64,000 bases of DNA, from positions 30,702,464-30,766,463 of the forward strand of contig NC_043011.1 of NCBI RefSeq assembly GCF_006345805.1, written 5' to 3'. The DNA is from Octopus sinensis (Eukaryota). This document shows positions 25,416 to 38,123 of this stretch, in pieces. The notes below the pieces were generated by a model. That model worked only from the letters and a program-made list of their open reading frames with translations, had not been told where the DNA came from and searched no databases. Position 1 is the stretch's first letter. Every line of letters starts with the position of its first letter. The translations under genes and the position numbers were made by a program.

Positions 25416-25460
25416 ATTTCTTTTTGTCTATCTTTCTTTCTTTCTATCTAACCTATCTAT
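24978..25460. repeat. (TCTA)n-rich compound microsatellite
   Basis: Direct reading. Confidence 0.9.
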
Positions 25461-26122
25461 CAATCGATCGTTCGATCTATTTATCTGTTTTATCCATCAA
25501 ATTAGTATACAGGACACAAGCAACAAAAAATAGTTATTTAAATACACACACACACACACACGCACACACGCGCGCACACGCACGCGCACACACGCACGCA
25601 CACACACACACACACACACAAAACAAAACAGGTGAGTTTGTTCGTAATACACACAAATACGTCTACCTTTCACTCTCTGTCTATGTTTCTCTGTGTGTGT
25701 GTGTGTGTGTGCGTAGATGTGTGTGTGTGCGTAGATGTGTGTGCGTGCGCGCGTGTATGTATGTGTGTGTATGCATGCATGTATGTGTCTGCATGTGTCT
25801 GTGTGTGTTGCGCGGGTGTTTCTCGGCGTATTACTTTTGTGGAAGTTTGATATCTATCCACTATATAAGCTTTGAAGATAATACGATAAATGCCAGCCTC
25901 CCAACAATTAGATAACGTTCTTCATTTTCCACTTCTCTCTATGGTTGGCCTACATTTACTACCGCCATTTTTTTTCATTTTTGTTCATATTCATTTATTT
26001 TCCTTTTTCCAATAATGAGATACTCAACCGACATGCCTCCCGGAAACATTTTTAATATATTTTCTAATGACTTCGCTACATGTTTTGCCAATATTCCGCA
26101 AGGTTCATTTTTTCACAACCTC

Positions 26123-26175
<53 letters not shown>

Positions 26176-26879
26176 GCTGCTGCTGCTATTTTTTTGTGTG
26201 TGTTATTTTCAAATCAAACGAGCAGACGACAGATTAAACAACAGAAGTTGGTAGTAAATTTGAAAGCTCTTCACCGTATACAAAGTTAGAGAAGAAAATC
26301 AGAAAATAGCTTCCTTTTTATTTTTATTTTGAAATATATTCGTTTTATTTTGTGCGTGCGTGTGTGTATGTGTGTGTGTGTGTGTGTATTATTTTCGTTG
26401 TTCGTGTTGATATTGGATTTGGTCGTTGTTATGGTTATTTTTTATTCTACTTTCTTCGTTTAGTTCTACACCCATCTCTTGACCTTTGTTATCCTCTATT
26501 TTGTTTTTCTATTATTATTTTTATATCATCCAAATAAAGCTAGTTTAACATATATTTTTTTAGGTTTCAGTTTATTCTTTATTTTATTACATATATAACA
26601 CTATGAATATAATACATATATAATGCAAAATCACATTAAAACACAAATCCAAACCCGAATGAAACACATTTTGTTTTCTTTCTTTTTCCCCTTTAACCTC
26701 ATTTTTCTTCTTTCTTCGCTCATGTTTGTGTTTCCTTCGGTTTTCCATTAATACTTTAATGTGTTTTTGTATTATGTATGTATCACCTGTTATATATGTA
26801 ATAAAATGAAGAAATTTAACCTTTTTGACAAGAGAGTTATTGCAGTTAGAAATGGCAGAAAGTTTGACTGTTAGTGGAA

Positions 26880-27190
26880 ACGAATTCTATAGTAAATATT
26901 GATTTCCGACTTTGATATATTTGTCACACTTTTGAAGGGATGGGTTTCAGTGTGCTAGGTCGCCTCCACTGCGTTGCTGGTCATTGTTTTATTGACATCG
27001 AACGAATCAATAGAAGTGTCAAACTGAGACGTATTCAAACAGCTAGAACATAAGAAAATGTAACTAAATCCTGCAAGGCATTTAGGATGGTACTCTGCTG
27101 CTTCTGAAATTATACGTTTAATCCTGCATTCTACCTTGTCGTACACCTCTAACCTATTATCTATGACAAATATTGAAATTCTATGCATAT
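26880..27190 (-). pseudogene. Possible fossil DNA-transposase N-terminal fragment
   Basis: YDKVECRIKRIISEAAEYHPKC resembles the 'V..RI....DL.AAEA.YH..C' motif of widespread invertebrate transposase-like proteins. Confidence 0.35.
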
Positions 27191-27371
27191 TAAAGACCTC
27201 CTCAGTATAGAGGAAATGAGATGTAAAAGTGTCTAGCGCTCATTTCTTTCTCAGGTGCATTAACAGTCATACAAGCGAGAATATAAACCTCTTTGCAGTT
27301 TTGTCCCATAGAGTGCTTTTAGTAGTATTCCATAGTGTTACCAACAGCGGTACACGATAATGTTAATGAAT

Positions 27372-27585
27372 ATTGGTTTCGAATTTTGGCACAAAGCCAG
27401 CAAGTTCGGGTGATGGAGCATGTTGATTACATCGCATCCTGTTCTCAACTGGTACTTATTTTATCGACCCTGAGAGGATGAAAGACAAAGTCGACGTCAG
27501 CGGAATTTGAACTCAGTGCGTAAAGACGGACGAAATGCCGCTAAGCATTTTGCTCGTCGTGCTAACGATTCTTCCAGCTCACTGC
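27372..27585 (-). mobile_element. SINE family B variant
   Basis: Family body and head, reverse complemented. Confidence 0.8.
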
Positions 27586-27814
27586 TTTAACATTAGTGAA
27601 TACTTATACATAAAAGAGCTATGCTTTTCATTTCTTTCCATCCTTTTAACAGAGTATTGTTTTGCGCTGCTTCAGATTTTTGGCTTATTTGTCATAAACC
27701 GTATTTATAGAAGACTTTCAAAGTCCGAAGACTAAGATGTAACAGTCATGACTTTCTCACGAGACTCAGCATTAAAAGCATTTTGTTCATTCACAACATT
27801 TTCGATAAATATTG

Positions 27815-28030
27815 GTCTCCAGCATGAAAGTTAGGCCACAACCTCCACGAAAATGAGTATGGTCGATTATATTGCCACCGGTATTTAATTGGTGCTGTAT
27901 TTTATTAACTCCGAAAGGATGAAATTGCAAGTCGACCGGGAGAAATTGAATTCAGAAGTCGAAAAACATATCTAAATACCAGAAAGCACGGTATCCGCCG
28001 CTCACCTAAGGCTACCAACTCACTGCCCTG
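27815..28030 (-). mobile_element. SINE family B, old and degenerate
   Basis: Residual ccgaaaggatgaa..gtcgacc..ttgaattcagaa. Confidence 0.55.
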
Positions 28031-28939
28031 AACTTAAACCTATCCGCGTAGTTGATCGATACTTTAGGTCTAGTTGTTGGATTTATGTAAATATTGGTAC
28101 CTAGCGCTCATTTCTTTCTCAAGTGCATTAACAGTCATACAAGTGAGAATATAAACCTCTTTGCAGTTTTCTCCCATTGAGTGCTTTTAATAGTTTCCAA
28201 TAGTGTTACCAACAGCGGTACTCGATAACGTTAGTGAATATTGGTTTCAAATTTTGGCATAAATTTTGGTCATATATTTGGCGATGTACAATAGTTTATT
28301 TTACCGACTCCCGAATATGACTGGTACTTTTTACAACTCCTGTGAAAAGGAAAGTGAACTAATTTTAACAAAACCTAAATTAGATTTATATGCAATGCGG
28401 TAATTTATTTTTCAGTAAAACCCCTTTTCTATTTTTCTATATTCAATATAATATTAAAAAATGTTCCTCATACGACAAATAGGCTCGCAGTCATGTGAGT
28501 GCCGATTATCTGATTTAAAGACATAACTCAACTATCACGATGGAAAATTTAACAATGGCTGAGGCCTATTATTCTTGATGTTAATGAAATTGCATTGGCT
28601 CAGCGGTCAGTTAAATGCTAATTTAATCATACACCTGTGTTGATGACAAAATAAAGCGACGACCTACCTATGGAAATTGTATGACTCACTGTCAGGTAAT
28701 ATAAGAGAAACAGGCCAGAAGCTATATTTGTAACACCTTAATAATAATCAGAACTGCATGTGCCGTCTAAGAAGAATAGTGAATTGTAATCCAAATATAC
28801 GAATTAGAATTAACCATACTTTTCGTAGCTTCATGACGGTTATCTGCAAAATTAAACACACACTTTGTGTTGACTAATAATTCTGCACGGCTGATATGAT
28901 GCCTCATTTGACTAAATTGTGCTATATTTGATCTAATTA

Positions 28940-29310
28940 GGAGAATGTCTGACCTCTACATGTGTGTATTTTCTTTTTATGCCTAGGGTGTCATATATTT
29001 GGTTTTGCACATAGTATTGTTCTAGAGAATGTTTAAGAAAACATAAGAAAATTGTGTGCTTGTTTTAAAATTTGAGATTATATAGACAGTATTTTACGTA
29101 GGATATGGGCAGTTCTCATGAGAACTATCTTTTGCATATTACTGCCTGTTTGGGTTTTTCTTGGTATCTGAGCTAGGTAGGAATCAGCCCCTTTTACTAT
29201 CATTCCTTGGGCACCTATGACGAAAGGTATTGTTTTAGTCTTTGAGATTCCACAGTTTACCAATTTCTATTTCAAAATCTTAATACTTGCTCTGTTTTTA
29301 TTATTGTCAT
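28940..29310 (-). mobile_element. R4/Dong 3' fragment (RLE C-terminus plus 3' UTR)
   Basis: KTKTIPFVIGAQGMIVKGADSYLAQIP..QKIVLMRTAHILRKILSI* is close to the 57368-57790 translation; it abuts (ATT)n at 29310-29388. Confidence 0.85.
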
Positions 29311-29333
29311 TATTATTATTATTATTATTATTA

Positions 29334-29387
<54 letters not shown>

Positions 29388-29390
29388 TAG

Positions 29391-29485
29391 GGTAGCGAGC
29401 TGGCAGAATCATTAGTAAGCCGGGCTAAATGCTTAGCAGCATTTCGTCCGTCTTTACGTTCTGAGTTCAAATTCTGCCAAGGTGC
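29391..29485 (+). mobile_element. SINE family B head, truncated
   Basis: gcgagctggcagaatc..gagttcaaattctgcc. Confidence 0.8.
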
Positions 29486-29514
29486 TGTTGTCTTCTTCTT
29501 CTTCTTCTTCCAAT

Positions 29515-29993
29515 CAGGACTCACGCCATTAGCCACAAAGAATAATCTCTAATTCGAGCCTACTCTAAGCTACTAAGAATGCGTGTGGCAATTTGAAGAT
29601 CCACCCACCACACGCGATAGACTGACGGTTGCACGGGCGCGAAAGCTACGTTGTTATCTTCATACCGTAAACGGTGGCTTTTAACGGGTGGAGAGCTGAA
29701 CTATCCTGGAGTACAGAGGATTCGCAATCTAGACTAGGGTCTGAAAGTTTACCACACCATAGTGGGTTACACCATGGTTCCTCTGCTTTGTGGCAGACGT
29801 AGCAAGAAAGAATGAGAGAATGGTGTGGTGAAAGAATACAGCGGGGTTCACCCCACCCCCCGCCGCCGGAGCCTCGTGGAGCTTTTAGGTGTTTTTGCTC
29901 AATAAACACTCACAATGCCCGGTCTGGGAATCGAAACAGCGTTCTTACGACCGCTAGTCAGCTGGCCTAACCACTGGGCCATTGCGCCTCCAC
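29515..29993 (-). mobile_element. SINE family C (long variant); left boundary approximate
   Basis: 29790-29993 is the reverse complement of 61200-61395, including the tRNA-like head gtggaggcgcaatggcccagtggttagg. Confidence 0.7.
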
Positions 29994-30249
29994 ATGTGCT
30001 GTGGTTGCTGTTGGAGGAGGAGGAGGAGGAGGAGGAGGAAGAGGAGGAGGGGAGGGGCATAGGAGGAGGAGGAGGAGGCGGAGGAGGAGGAGAGAAAGCG
30101 ATACCCTTTTATTGTTTCTTCTGTCTTTTGCTTAGTTCTGGTAGTGTATTGTACTAATCAACTCGTCTGTGAATACAAACCACACATGATGATAGAAAAC
30201 TACGTTTTACATGCAGGCGATTTAGACGTTTATGGAAATTATAATAAAT

Positions 30250-31140
30250 AACCTCGAAACCTTATTGTATGTAAAGCTACGAATTGGTACGGCTGATTGT
30301 ATAAAAATGGAAGAAGCTAACATGAATGGAATTTTCTGAGAAGATGAAAGCTTTATATAGCTATACTTTTTAGATAAGGTTATACATTTTGCTATATATT
30401 TTTAGATAACTATATATATATATATATATATACATAAAATGTTTGAACATGAGATAACAAATCTATATCATGATACAAAAGGATGCATAATTCAGAAATA
30501 AAAGACGAAATGTGTAAGTGTACACTATGTTAGTCATATTATATTATAGAAATAGAATATTTGTGATATTGAATATCGTTGGCATAGAACGTTTGTTATA
30601 AATATAGAATGTTGTAATCATAAAATATGCTACTAGAACGAGAGAAAACAAAGGTTAGTGGAGCAAAACATGATACAACAATCAGGAACGAAATATATTA
30701 GATAAGAATAATGTAGGTGTAATAAAATAGAAATTAACAGAAAACTGAATGTTACGAACAATTTAATGGTTCTGAATAAATTAGCTACTCCAAAACTAAG
30801 TTGTAGACTTAGAAAATATCATAATAAATTAGATGATGACCGCAATACTAAAGACTTAAACACTCAAATAATTGTCCAAAAGCACACGTTAAAAGACTCT
30901 AACGAGCAAACCTTAAAATGGATACCGAATTGTAGGGTTACATGAGTAAACTAAAACCTACAGATTAAGATTTGGAAAAAAAATCAGAAGAAAATAAGCA
31001 CTGCAATAAACTAGTGTTTCAAAAGAGGTACGAATAAAGCAAATACTGACTACATAGAATAAACTTAATGCTGAACATAATACAAAAACGCTGGTGAAAA
31101 CTATCACAAATACTTACAAATTTTAGATAAAATGTTTACA
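30250..31140 (+). pseudogene. Possible very old R4/Dong post-RT relic
   Basis: KLNVTNNLMVLNKLATPKLS aligns loosely with ELNARNRIEAINALAIPVVT of the 56026 ORF. Confidence 0.3.
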
Positions 31141-31149
31141 AGCAATCAT

Positions 31150-33400
31150 GTTGGTGTGTACATGTGAAATTCATGGAGGTCTAAAAACGTAATACAATAT
31201 GAGAAACAAATAAACAAAATTAAATAATACAGAGCCAGCCATAAAGGGAATCTATACTTATGGAGGATTAGGATAAGCCTATTGCTGACCACCTTGTACT
31301 CGGGGCACTTGCCTACTACATGTGAAATCAGCAAACTGATTTGTTTTGTATAGCAAACATTCTGAAAAGTGGACAGCTTTCGACCATGGTTTAAACCCCA
31401 TTCATTACTCTTTACTCTTTTACTTGTTTCAGTCATTTGACTGCGACCATGCTGGAGCACCGCCTTTAGTCGAGCAAATCGACCCCGGGACTTATTCTTT
31501 GTAAGCCCAGTACTTATTCTATCAGTCTCTTTTGCCGAACCGCTAAGTGACGGAGACGTAAACACACCAGCATCGGTTGTCATGCAATGCTAGGGGGACA
31601 AACACAGACACACAAACACACACACATACATATATATATATATACATATATACGACAGGCTTCTTTCAGTTTCCGTCTACCAAATCCACTCACAAGGCAT
31701 TGGTCGGCCCGGGGCTATAGCAGAAGACACTTGCCCAAGATGCCACGCAGTGGGACTGAACCCGGAACCATGTGGTTGTTTAGCAAGCTACTTACCACAC
31801 AGCCACTCCTGCATAAAATTCTTAAATTCAGCCAGGTCGATCTGCTGTGAATTTCTCTAGTCCATGTTTGTGTATTTTGAAAATCTGGTCGATATCCATC
31901 TGACAGAAACAACTGATCTGCATTAAGGGACTCTTTTTCCTCCTGTTCACTATTTCCATCCAATTCCAGTGTATATCTAAACTACCATTCTAATCGCCGC
32001 CAAGTAGTAATGAGTAGATGTTCTCAGAAAGATCTCCTGGTACTTGAAGAAATTCGGCCGTCCTAATCCCACGAGGAATTGGATGCCACTAAGGCATACG
32101 ATATCAGCTTCTCTGCAACTAACATAAAGGCTTACCGATCTGATATCAACGTCCTGAAAAATGGTCGTTACCTCGACACATGAACAACACAATCTGAATT
32201 AACCAAAAGAGGCACAATCTTTCTCTTCTCAAGTGTAACTCACTGCACATTCAAACACTTGGATGGCTGAAGTCTACCATATCTAATTAGATATTATCTT
32301 CTGGTGTGTAGAACGAGATGCTTCCTGTTATCCTGAAGTCATGAACATCCAAACGTTCAATTTCCAGATTTATATTATTACAGTCAAGGTTTTCCCTAGA
32401 CCCGAACACTTGCCTACTCCCAGGTGAAATCGCCAAACTGATTTGTTTTATCATTATAATTAGCAAACTGGTTATCTTCAGGTTTAGTGACAAACGTTTC
32501 CTTAAATTGTATCACATTTAGGATTCTTGCAGAGTACGTAGTAGCAGTTTTTTGTTGGTTGGCCATACTTGTCTCAATTTCAATATCCTTCAGCCTTTTT
32601 AGAAACAGTCTGGCTATTGTGCTAAGGGCACCCATTTTCATGGGTTACTTTTCACACTTATGCTCCACAATCTCTTGTCTCTCTGGTAAGGTCCAGATTT
32701 TTCTCAATTTTCTCGGTTTCTATTTATACCCTTGAATTCTATATGTGATTGTGATATCTGTGATCTTATGATATTGTTCCTTCTGTCTTCAACGATCGTG
32801 TTTGATTTAATTTCTTCAATAATCCATGGAAAGAGCCCCCAAAATCCCGTAAATGTAATTTAGTATGATCATTTCTAGTTTACGTTCATATTACTTTTCT
32901 CTCAGTTCAAATTCAGAAACGCCAACGCGCTTTTTTACTAACATAATCATGTTTACGCTTATACGTTTATCTTTCTTCTTGTGCTAGCATACTTCACTTG
33001 CTTAGAGACTGTTCGTACTTTCGTTACTTTTCCATAGATTCTACGTTTGCTGAGTGACTGAGTTGTATCAATTTCATTCTAATTGCTTGTTCTAATCGTC
33101 TATAATTAGTAATTCAGTTTTTCATTCCAGGTTTCCATATCTCAGCTGCAACTCGCAGTTTTCACTTCAACTTCCTTGGTTTGTTATATGAATTGACCTT
33201 GTCATCCTTTCTCTTCCCAGTTAATTGCCCTGCCATTCTTTCTATTGAAGTCTTCACAGTAACTTCGATGTTACTAACAGCAGATGACAGTCTTTCAACT
33301 ATGAATAATATAGCTTTTTTAAAACTACATATAACAAATCGCAGCCTCCTTTCTTTCTTGGTAAATAGAGTCACTCAATACTACATTTAAGATAGTGTAT
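31150..33400 (-). pseudogene. Possible very old R4/Dong N-terminal to RT-start relic, interrupted by a SINE
   Basis: Scattered motifs (RRLEQAI, KKARWR, EWGLNHGR) resemble the pre-RT region of R4-clade ORFs; no continuous frame. Confidence 0.3.
31407..31813 (-). mobile_element. SINE family A, near full length, low divergence
   Basis: Complete head to tail. Confidence 0.9.
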
Positions 33401-35729
33401 GATTATGCAATGTAAGCATCTTCCTGATTCGGTCTTCGTCCACTTGAAAATGGAGCAGAATATTTCAACAATGATATGGCGCAAATATTGATTGCTTTGA
33501 TAATATTACTGCCATCTAGTTTATTACAATTGTTGTTGTTGTAAATGTTATTATTTTTATCATCATCATCATCATTACTATTATTATTATTATTATTAGT
33601 TACTGAATGTTCAAGCGAACAGACATATATACAATAGGTCCATACATCTATTCATCTATCTATCCATCCATCCCTCCATCTATCTATCTATCTTGAATAT
33701 GAGCTGAATAACGAAATGGAGTTGTGAAAATAGCCTTGATAATATTTGAAATATAATAACAAAACCAAATTGAAAATTAACAAAATATGAATTATGCTAT
33801 AATGACCCCAATATGTTTAACTGAAACTTATTCAACGCAATATATGTGATTATTGATTATCGCTCACAAAATATGCTGAGACAATTTACAACCTAGAGGT
33901 GAACATGTAGAAACAAAGTGGAGTGAACTTTTAAATTTAAATACAAAATAAATTATCTCAAGAAATACGACTGATACGTATTGCGCGCACGTGTGTGTGT
34001 GCGTGTGTGTGATTATTACGAACAAAATGTATTATTTCGATAATACACACATGCAAAAAATAAACAATACTGATTTATCAAATAAACATATCTGAAAACG
34101 AACCTCTTTACTATTACATGAATGTGGTTTGAATTACCCTACTACAAAGGCATGTCATTGCCTTCTCTCTTGGCATTCTCATATGGCTAAAGAAATAGAG
34201 AGCTTTATTTAATAATCAGTTCATCTAGCAAGCGGGGCCTCATTTCAGTGAGGGGAGCCGGTGCGCATTGATGACGTCGAGAGGTAGGCCCCGAAACGGC
34301 GCACATTCTCTCCTGATGATCTCATACACTTGCTGACTTCCGTTATGCGGAGTTCTTGACTGGTAGCATTTGCATGTGCAAGTTGTTTGCAAGACATCTA
34401 GCAAACTGTATCCTCTCCTAAGTTAAGAGGAATTCTAATTGTTTTGGGTGAATGATATGACTTCAAGAGAATATACAATTCTGAACAGAGAGCAGCTTTC
34501 AAGTTGAATTTTGCTACAAGAGTAGGATATTGTTTCTATGTGAATTAGATTTGACTGTTTGTTATTAAATTATAATCAGCAATCTCGTGCCTATATATTA
34601 GCAATGCAGAGTGATCATTCGAATTCGAAGATGAATGTCTTGTGTTTTGCTATCGCTGACAATTTACTTACGAATATCAGTGGAACTGAGAAATGCTCCA
34701 TACTGTTGTCGAAATCTGCTAAATACTTGAAATTACATAAACCTTTCTGCCAGTTTAAACGTCCTCAAGTTTCCAAATTTTCGTGAAATCACCAAAATAA
34801 AGTGAGCATTGTCCAAAGTCAACATTTCGTCCTTTTTTTAAAACAATTCAGTTTGTTTCTTAGTGATGGTAAAGGACGAAGCAGTACGATTTTATATCCT
34901 TAAAGTAAAGGATACATGTCTACTCTTCGAAACCCGTGTGGTGATTTAGGGGTGGATGAATAGGAGTAGGTGCAGTAATGCCCTTATATTTGCTGTTCTT
35001 GAGGGTGCTGTTGTTTTATCGAACAAAGACAACTAAACGTACAACGTTATTTATCAACTATATATTTTTTAACGATTGCATTTAAAAACCACAAGTGTTT
35101 GTACTCCTTTAACAGAATCGTTTTGTCTACCGCCACTAATTTAAGACTTATTGGAATGAGGATTGGTGAAAATACGCATGAAAGAATCTAAATAGCCATT
35201 GTAGGAGGCAATGACCATCATCTATTTACAAGTGCATCTTTTATTTTCATTTATTATAATCATCAATATGTAACTACGAACGGGATATAATCTTAAGAAC
35301 CAAGAATTTTCTAGAATTGATATGCCATTAAAGAAAATATTTTGGACACATATTTCTTCCTAAATAGGAAACATTGGTAAATTAATCGCCCAAAATTAAA
35401 TCAAGCTAAAGCTTCAATACAAAAAGTGTAGAGGATGATTACAAACTTTGATATTTTGTATAATTGAGCTGAAAGTAATAACTTGGAAGTGTTATGAGTT
35501 TGGACAGCAATGGCGTTTAAAGGTATACTAAATACCACAGAAGATGATCTTTTCATTTAGTAATATTACCTTCTCTTCGAAAGAAAATAAGTAAAACTTG
35601 ACTCCGAATGAGAAAACGATATAATATCAGAATATTTATCTTTTTACCGTTTTTGAAATAAGCGTATGAGTTCAACGGTTATCTTATAAACTGACAAGGT
35701 GAATTGACTTAAACCCTAGGCGCGGTAAG

Positions 35730-35790
35730 AGCCACCGATGAGAAGTGAGATGCTCTAACATCAAAATTCGAAATCATCGGTGATCTGGCT
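35730..35790 (+). ncRNA. Type I hammerhead ribozyme motif, U4C core variant
   Basis: agcca-CCGATGA-gaa[..gatg ctctaa catc..]ttc-GAAA-tca tcgg tga-TC-tggct; stems I, II and III all pair. Confidence 0.6.
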
Positions 35791-35801
35791 ATATCCGCTA
35801 A

Positions 35802-36031
35802 GGCGGCGAGCTGGCAGAATCGTTAGTATGCCGGGCGAAATGCGTAGCCGTATTTCGTCTGCCGTTACGTTCTGAGTTCAAATTCCGCCGAGGTCGACTT
35901 TGCCTTTCATCCTTTCGGGGTCGATAAATAAAGTACCAGTTTCGCACTGGGTCGATGTAATCGACTTAATCCCTTTGTCTGCCCTTGTTTGTCCCCTCTA
36001 TGTTTAGCCCCTTGAGGGCAGTAAAGAAATA
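35802..36031 (+). mobile_element. SINE family B monomer with 10-bp TSD
   Basis: TSD tatatccgct at 35790-35799 and 36032-36041. Confidence 0.92.
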
Positions 36032-36380
36032 TATATCCGCTGTTGTAGGGAGTTTTTCTCCCTTGTCAGTCTTTAAAATGGTGCTATCTGTGGCTATTTC
36101 TAGCAATGCTGGTACTACTTAGCACCCTCTGTCACTTTAGTGACGTCTATAGTTTAGCCTTTAGCTTGTTAAATTGCTTTAGCTTGTTTATTAGGCTATT
36201 TTCCTTAGTCATTGCACGGTAATTACCATAAACTTTAAGCTTATATAAAAATACCATTATTATATATAATATATATACAAGAGTAAGTACATAAATGTGA
36301 AACAAGGTGGAAAAAAATAGTGCTCGAATACCAGAACTTGAGTAATATGCTTTATTAAAAAAAGCAGCAAAAATATCACA

Positions 36381-36426
36381 AAAAATATTACTCGGAGTTT
36401 CACGTTCTCGTTCGTCGGATAGTTTT
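36381..36426 (-). ncRNA. Minimal type I hammerhead motif, U4C variant
   Basis: Minus strand aaaactat-CCGACGA-acg agaa cgt-GAAA-ctc c gag-TA-atattttt; stem I pairs at 7 of 8 positions. Confidence 0.6.
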
Positions 36427-37465
36427 GTTTAGAAGGGAGCGAGATAAAGTTATAGGTAGAAAAACAATTACTTTGATAGATGCACATTTTAAAATGGTTT
36501 TGTTTCATTGGTCCGTTTGACTAACAGTCTTTTCAATAACCGGTTGCATGAAATAACAATTGCGGTTTAAAATCATATAAAAATCGAAGAAAACCTTAAA
36601 TCAAAATTATCTTATAAAGAAGGGAAAAGGCATGAATACCCAGGGGTAAATATTTAGCTGTAAAAATAATAATAAATTAATAAATTAAAAGATATATCCC
36701 TTAAAAAAATTTTCAAGCTAGATTGCATATACATTTAGCAATATATACACATACCAAACAATCTGTATTATACGTATATACACTAAACATACAGACGTAG
36801 ATACATGGCCACATATATATACAGACATATATAGGCAAAACTTCAAATATATACAAATGCATATATATGTATGCACGCACACATACGCACGCGCACAAAA
36901 TCTCTTGGTGTATAATTATATAAGTTAGTTGTTACATGCGAAAGAAGGAAATGGAAAAAATCAGAGAATATCAAGTGGGGGTGGAGAAAGAAAAAAGGAG
37001 AAAAGAAGAAAAGGAAATAAAAAAGAATGAGAAAATTAGAGAGAGAAAGGGAAAAAATAGACAGAAGTAGAAAGAGTGAAATGGTGGCGTTCCAAAAAGT
37101 ATCTAACGAAAGTTTGATACTTCGTTTAGCTTATGAAACGTTTAAATATCAAAACGCACGCATAAAATTACATGTATATCTACATGAATACAAACATGCA
37201 TACAAATACACACACACGCACACATGTATATACATATATGTATGTATGTATAATATATATATATGTATATATGTAAATATATATATGTATATATATATAG
37301 TATGATATTGAAAATATTGTAATTTACAATCTAAGTAGCCAAGAATTAAATTGGAACATCAGATGAAAGCTGAAGGTAGATTACCAAAACAAAACGCACC
37401 ATCGGAAGGAACTAGTCATGGCATTTTACTTAGAGAAATTTAGTAGCTGCCTGGATTTCATATCG

Positions 37466-37499
<34 letters not shown>

Positions 37500-37500
<1 letters not shown>

Positions 37501-37849
37501 GAGCAAAACGCCCCTGGTCCAATGGACGGTGCTGAGTTGTCAAACATTTAAACTAAATTTTCTCAAAGCAACTTGTCCGACCGTCCCATAGGCCTCCCCT
37601 TTGAGAAACGTTGATTTAACCTAAATTTGAGACACAAGCAAAAGACGGATTTCGACTGATGTACTTGCGCGTACAAATGCACGTTCTCACGGCATTATAG
37701 ACCGCATTCTCACCTGGAATCGATTTTTGTAATTTTTTCAAGACTTATACACGCCCTGATACCGCCGGTATCTACATATCAACTTTGAGCGCAATCGGAT
37801 GGAGGATGCCCAAGATCGTAGAAGACACACAGACAGACAGAATGGATTT

Positions 37850-37860
<11 letters not shown>
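37500..37860 (-). mobile_element. Non-autonomous Helitron-like element, copy 2 of the CTCG-end family
   Basis: Colinear with 15135-15593 apart from one internal indel; flanked by (TA)n. Confidence 0.75.
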
Positions 37861-37892
<32 letters not shown>

Positions 37893-37989
37893 TAGTAAGG
37901 GTATGACAGAAAAAGAATGAATGAGACCTCAATATTATGAAAATAGAGGAATTTATTTGTAATGTAATATGACAATTATTCGGTTGCCA

Positions 37990-38052
37990 TAATAAAACTC
38001 CAAGTTTGGGATGTCGGGGCGAAAATCTGCTCCGGCATCTCGTCAGTTATCA
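37990..38052 (-). ncRNA. Decayed type I hammerhead motif
   Basis: Minus strand tgataa-CTGACGA-gatgccgg..ccgacatc-c-CAAA-ct tgg ag-TT-ttatta; carries G12C and one extra nucleotide. Confidence 0.45.
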
Positions 38053-38074
38053 AGGCAATCAAATAATGCTATGA

Positions 38075-38123
<49 letters not shown>

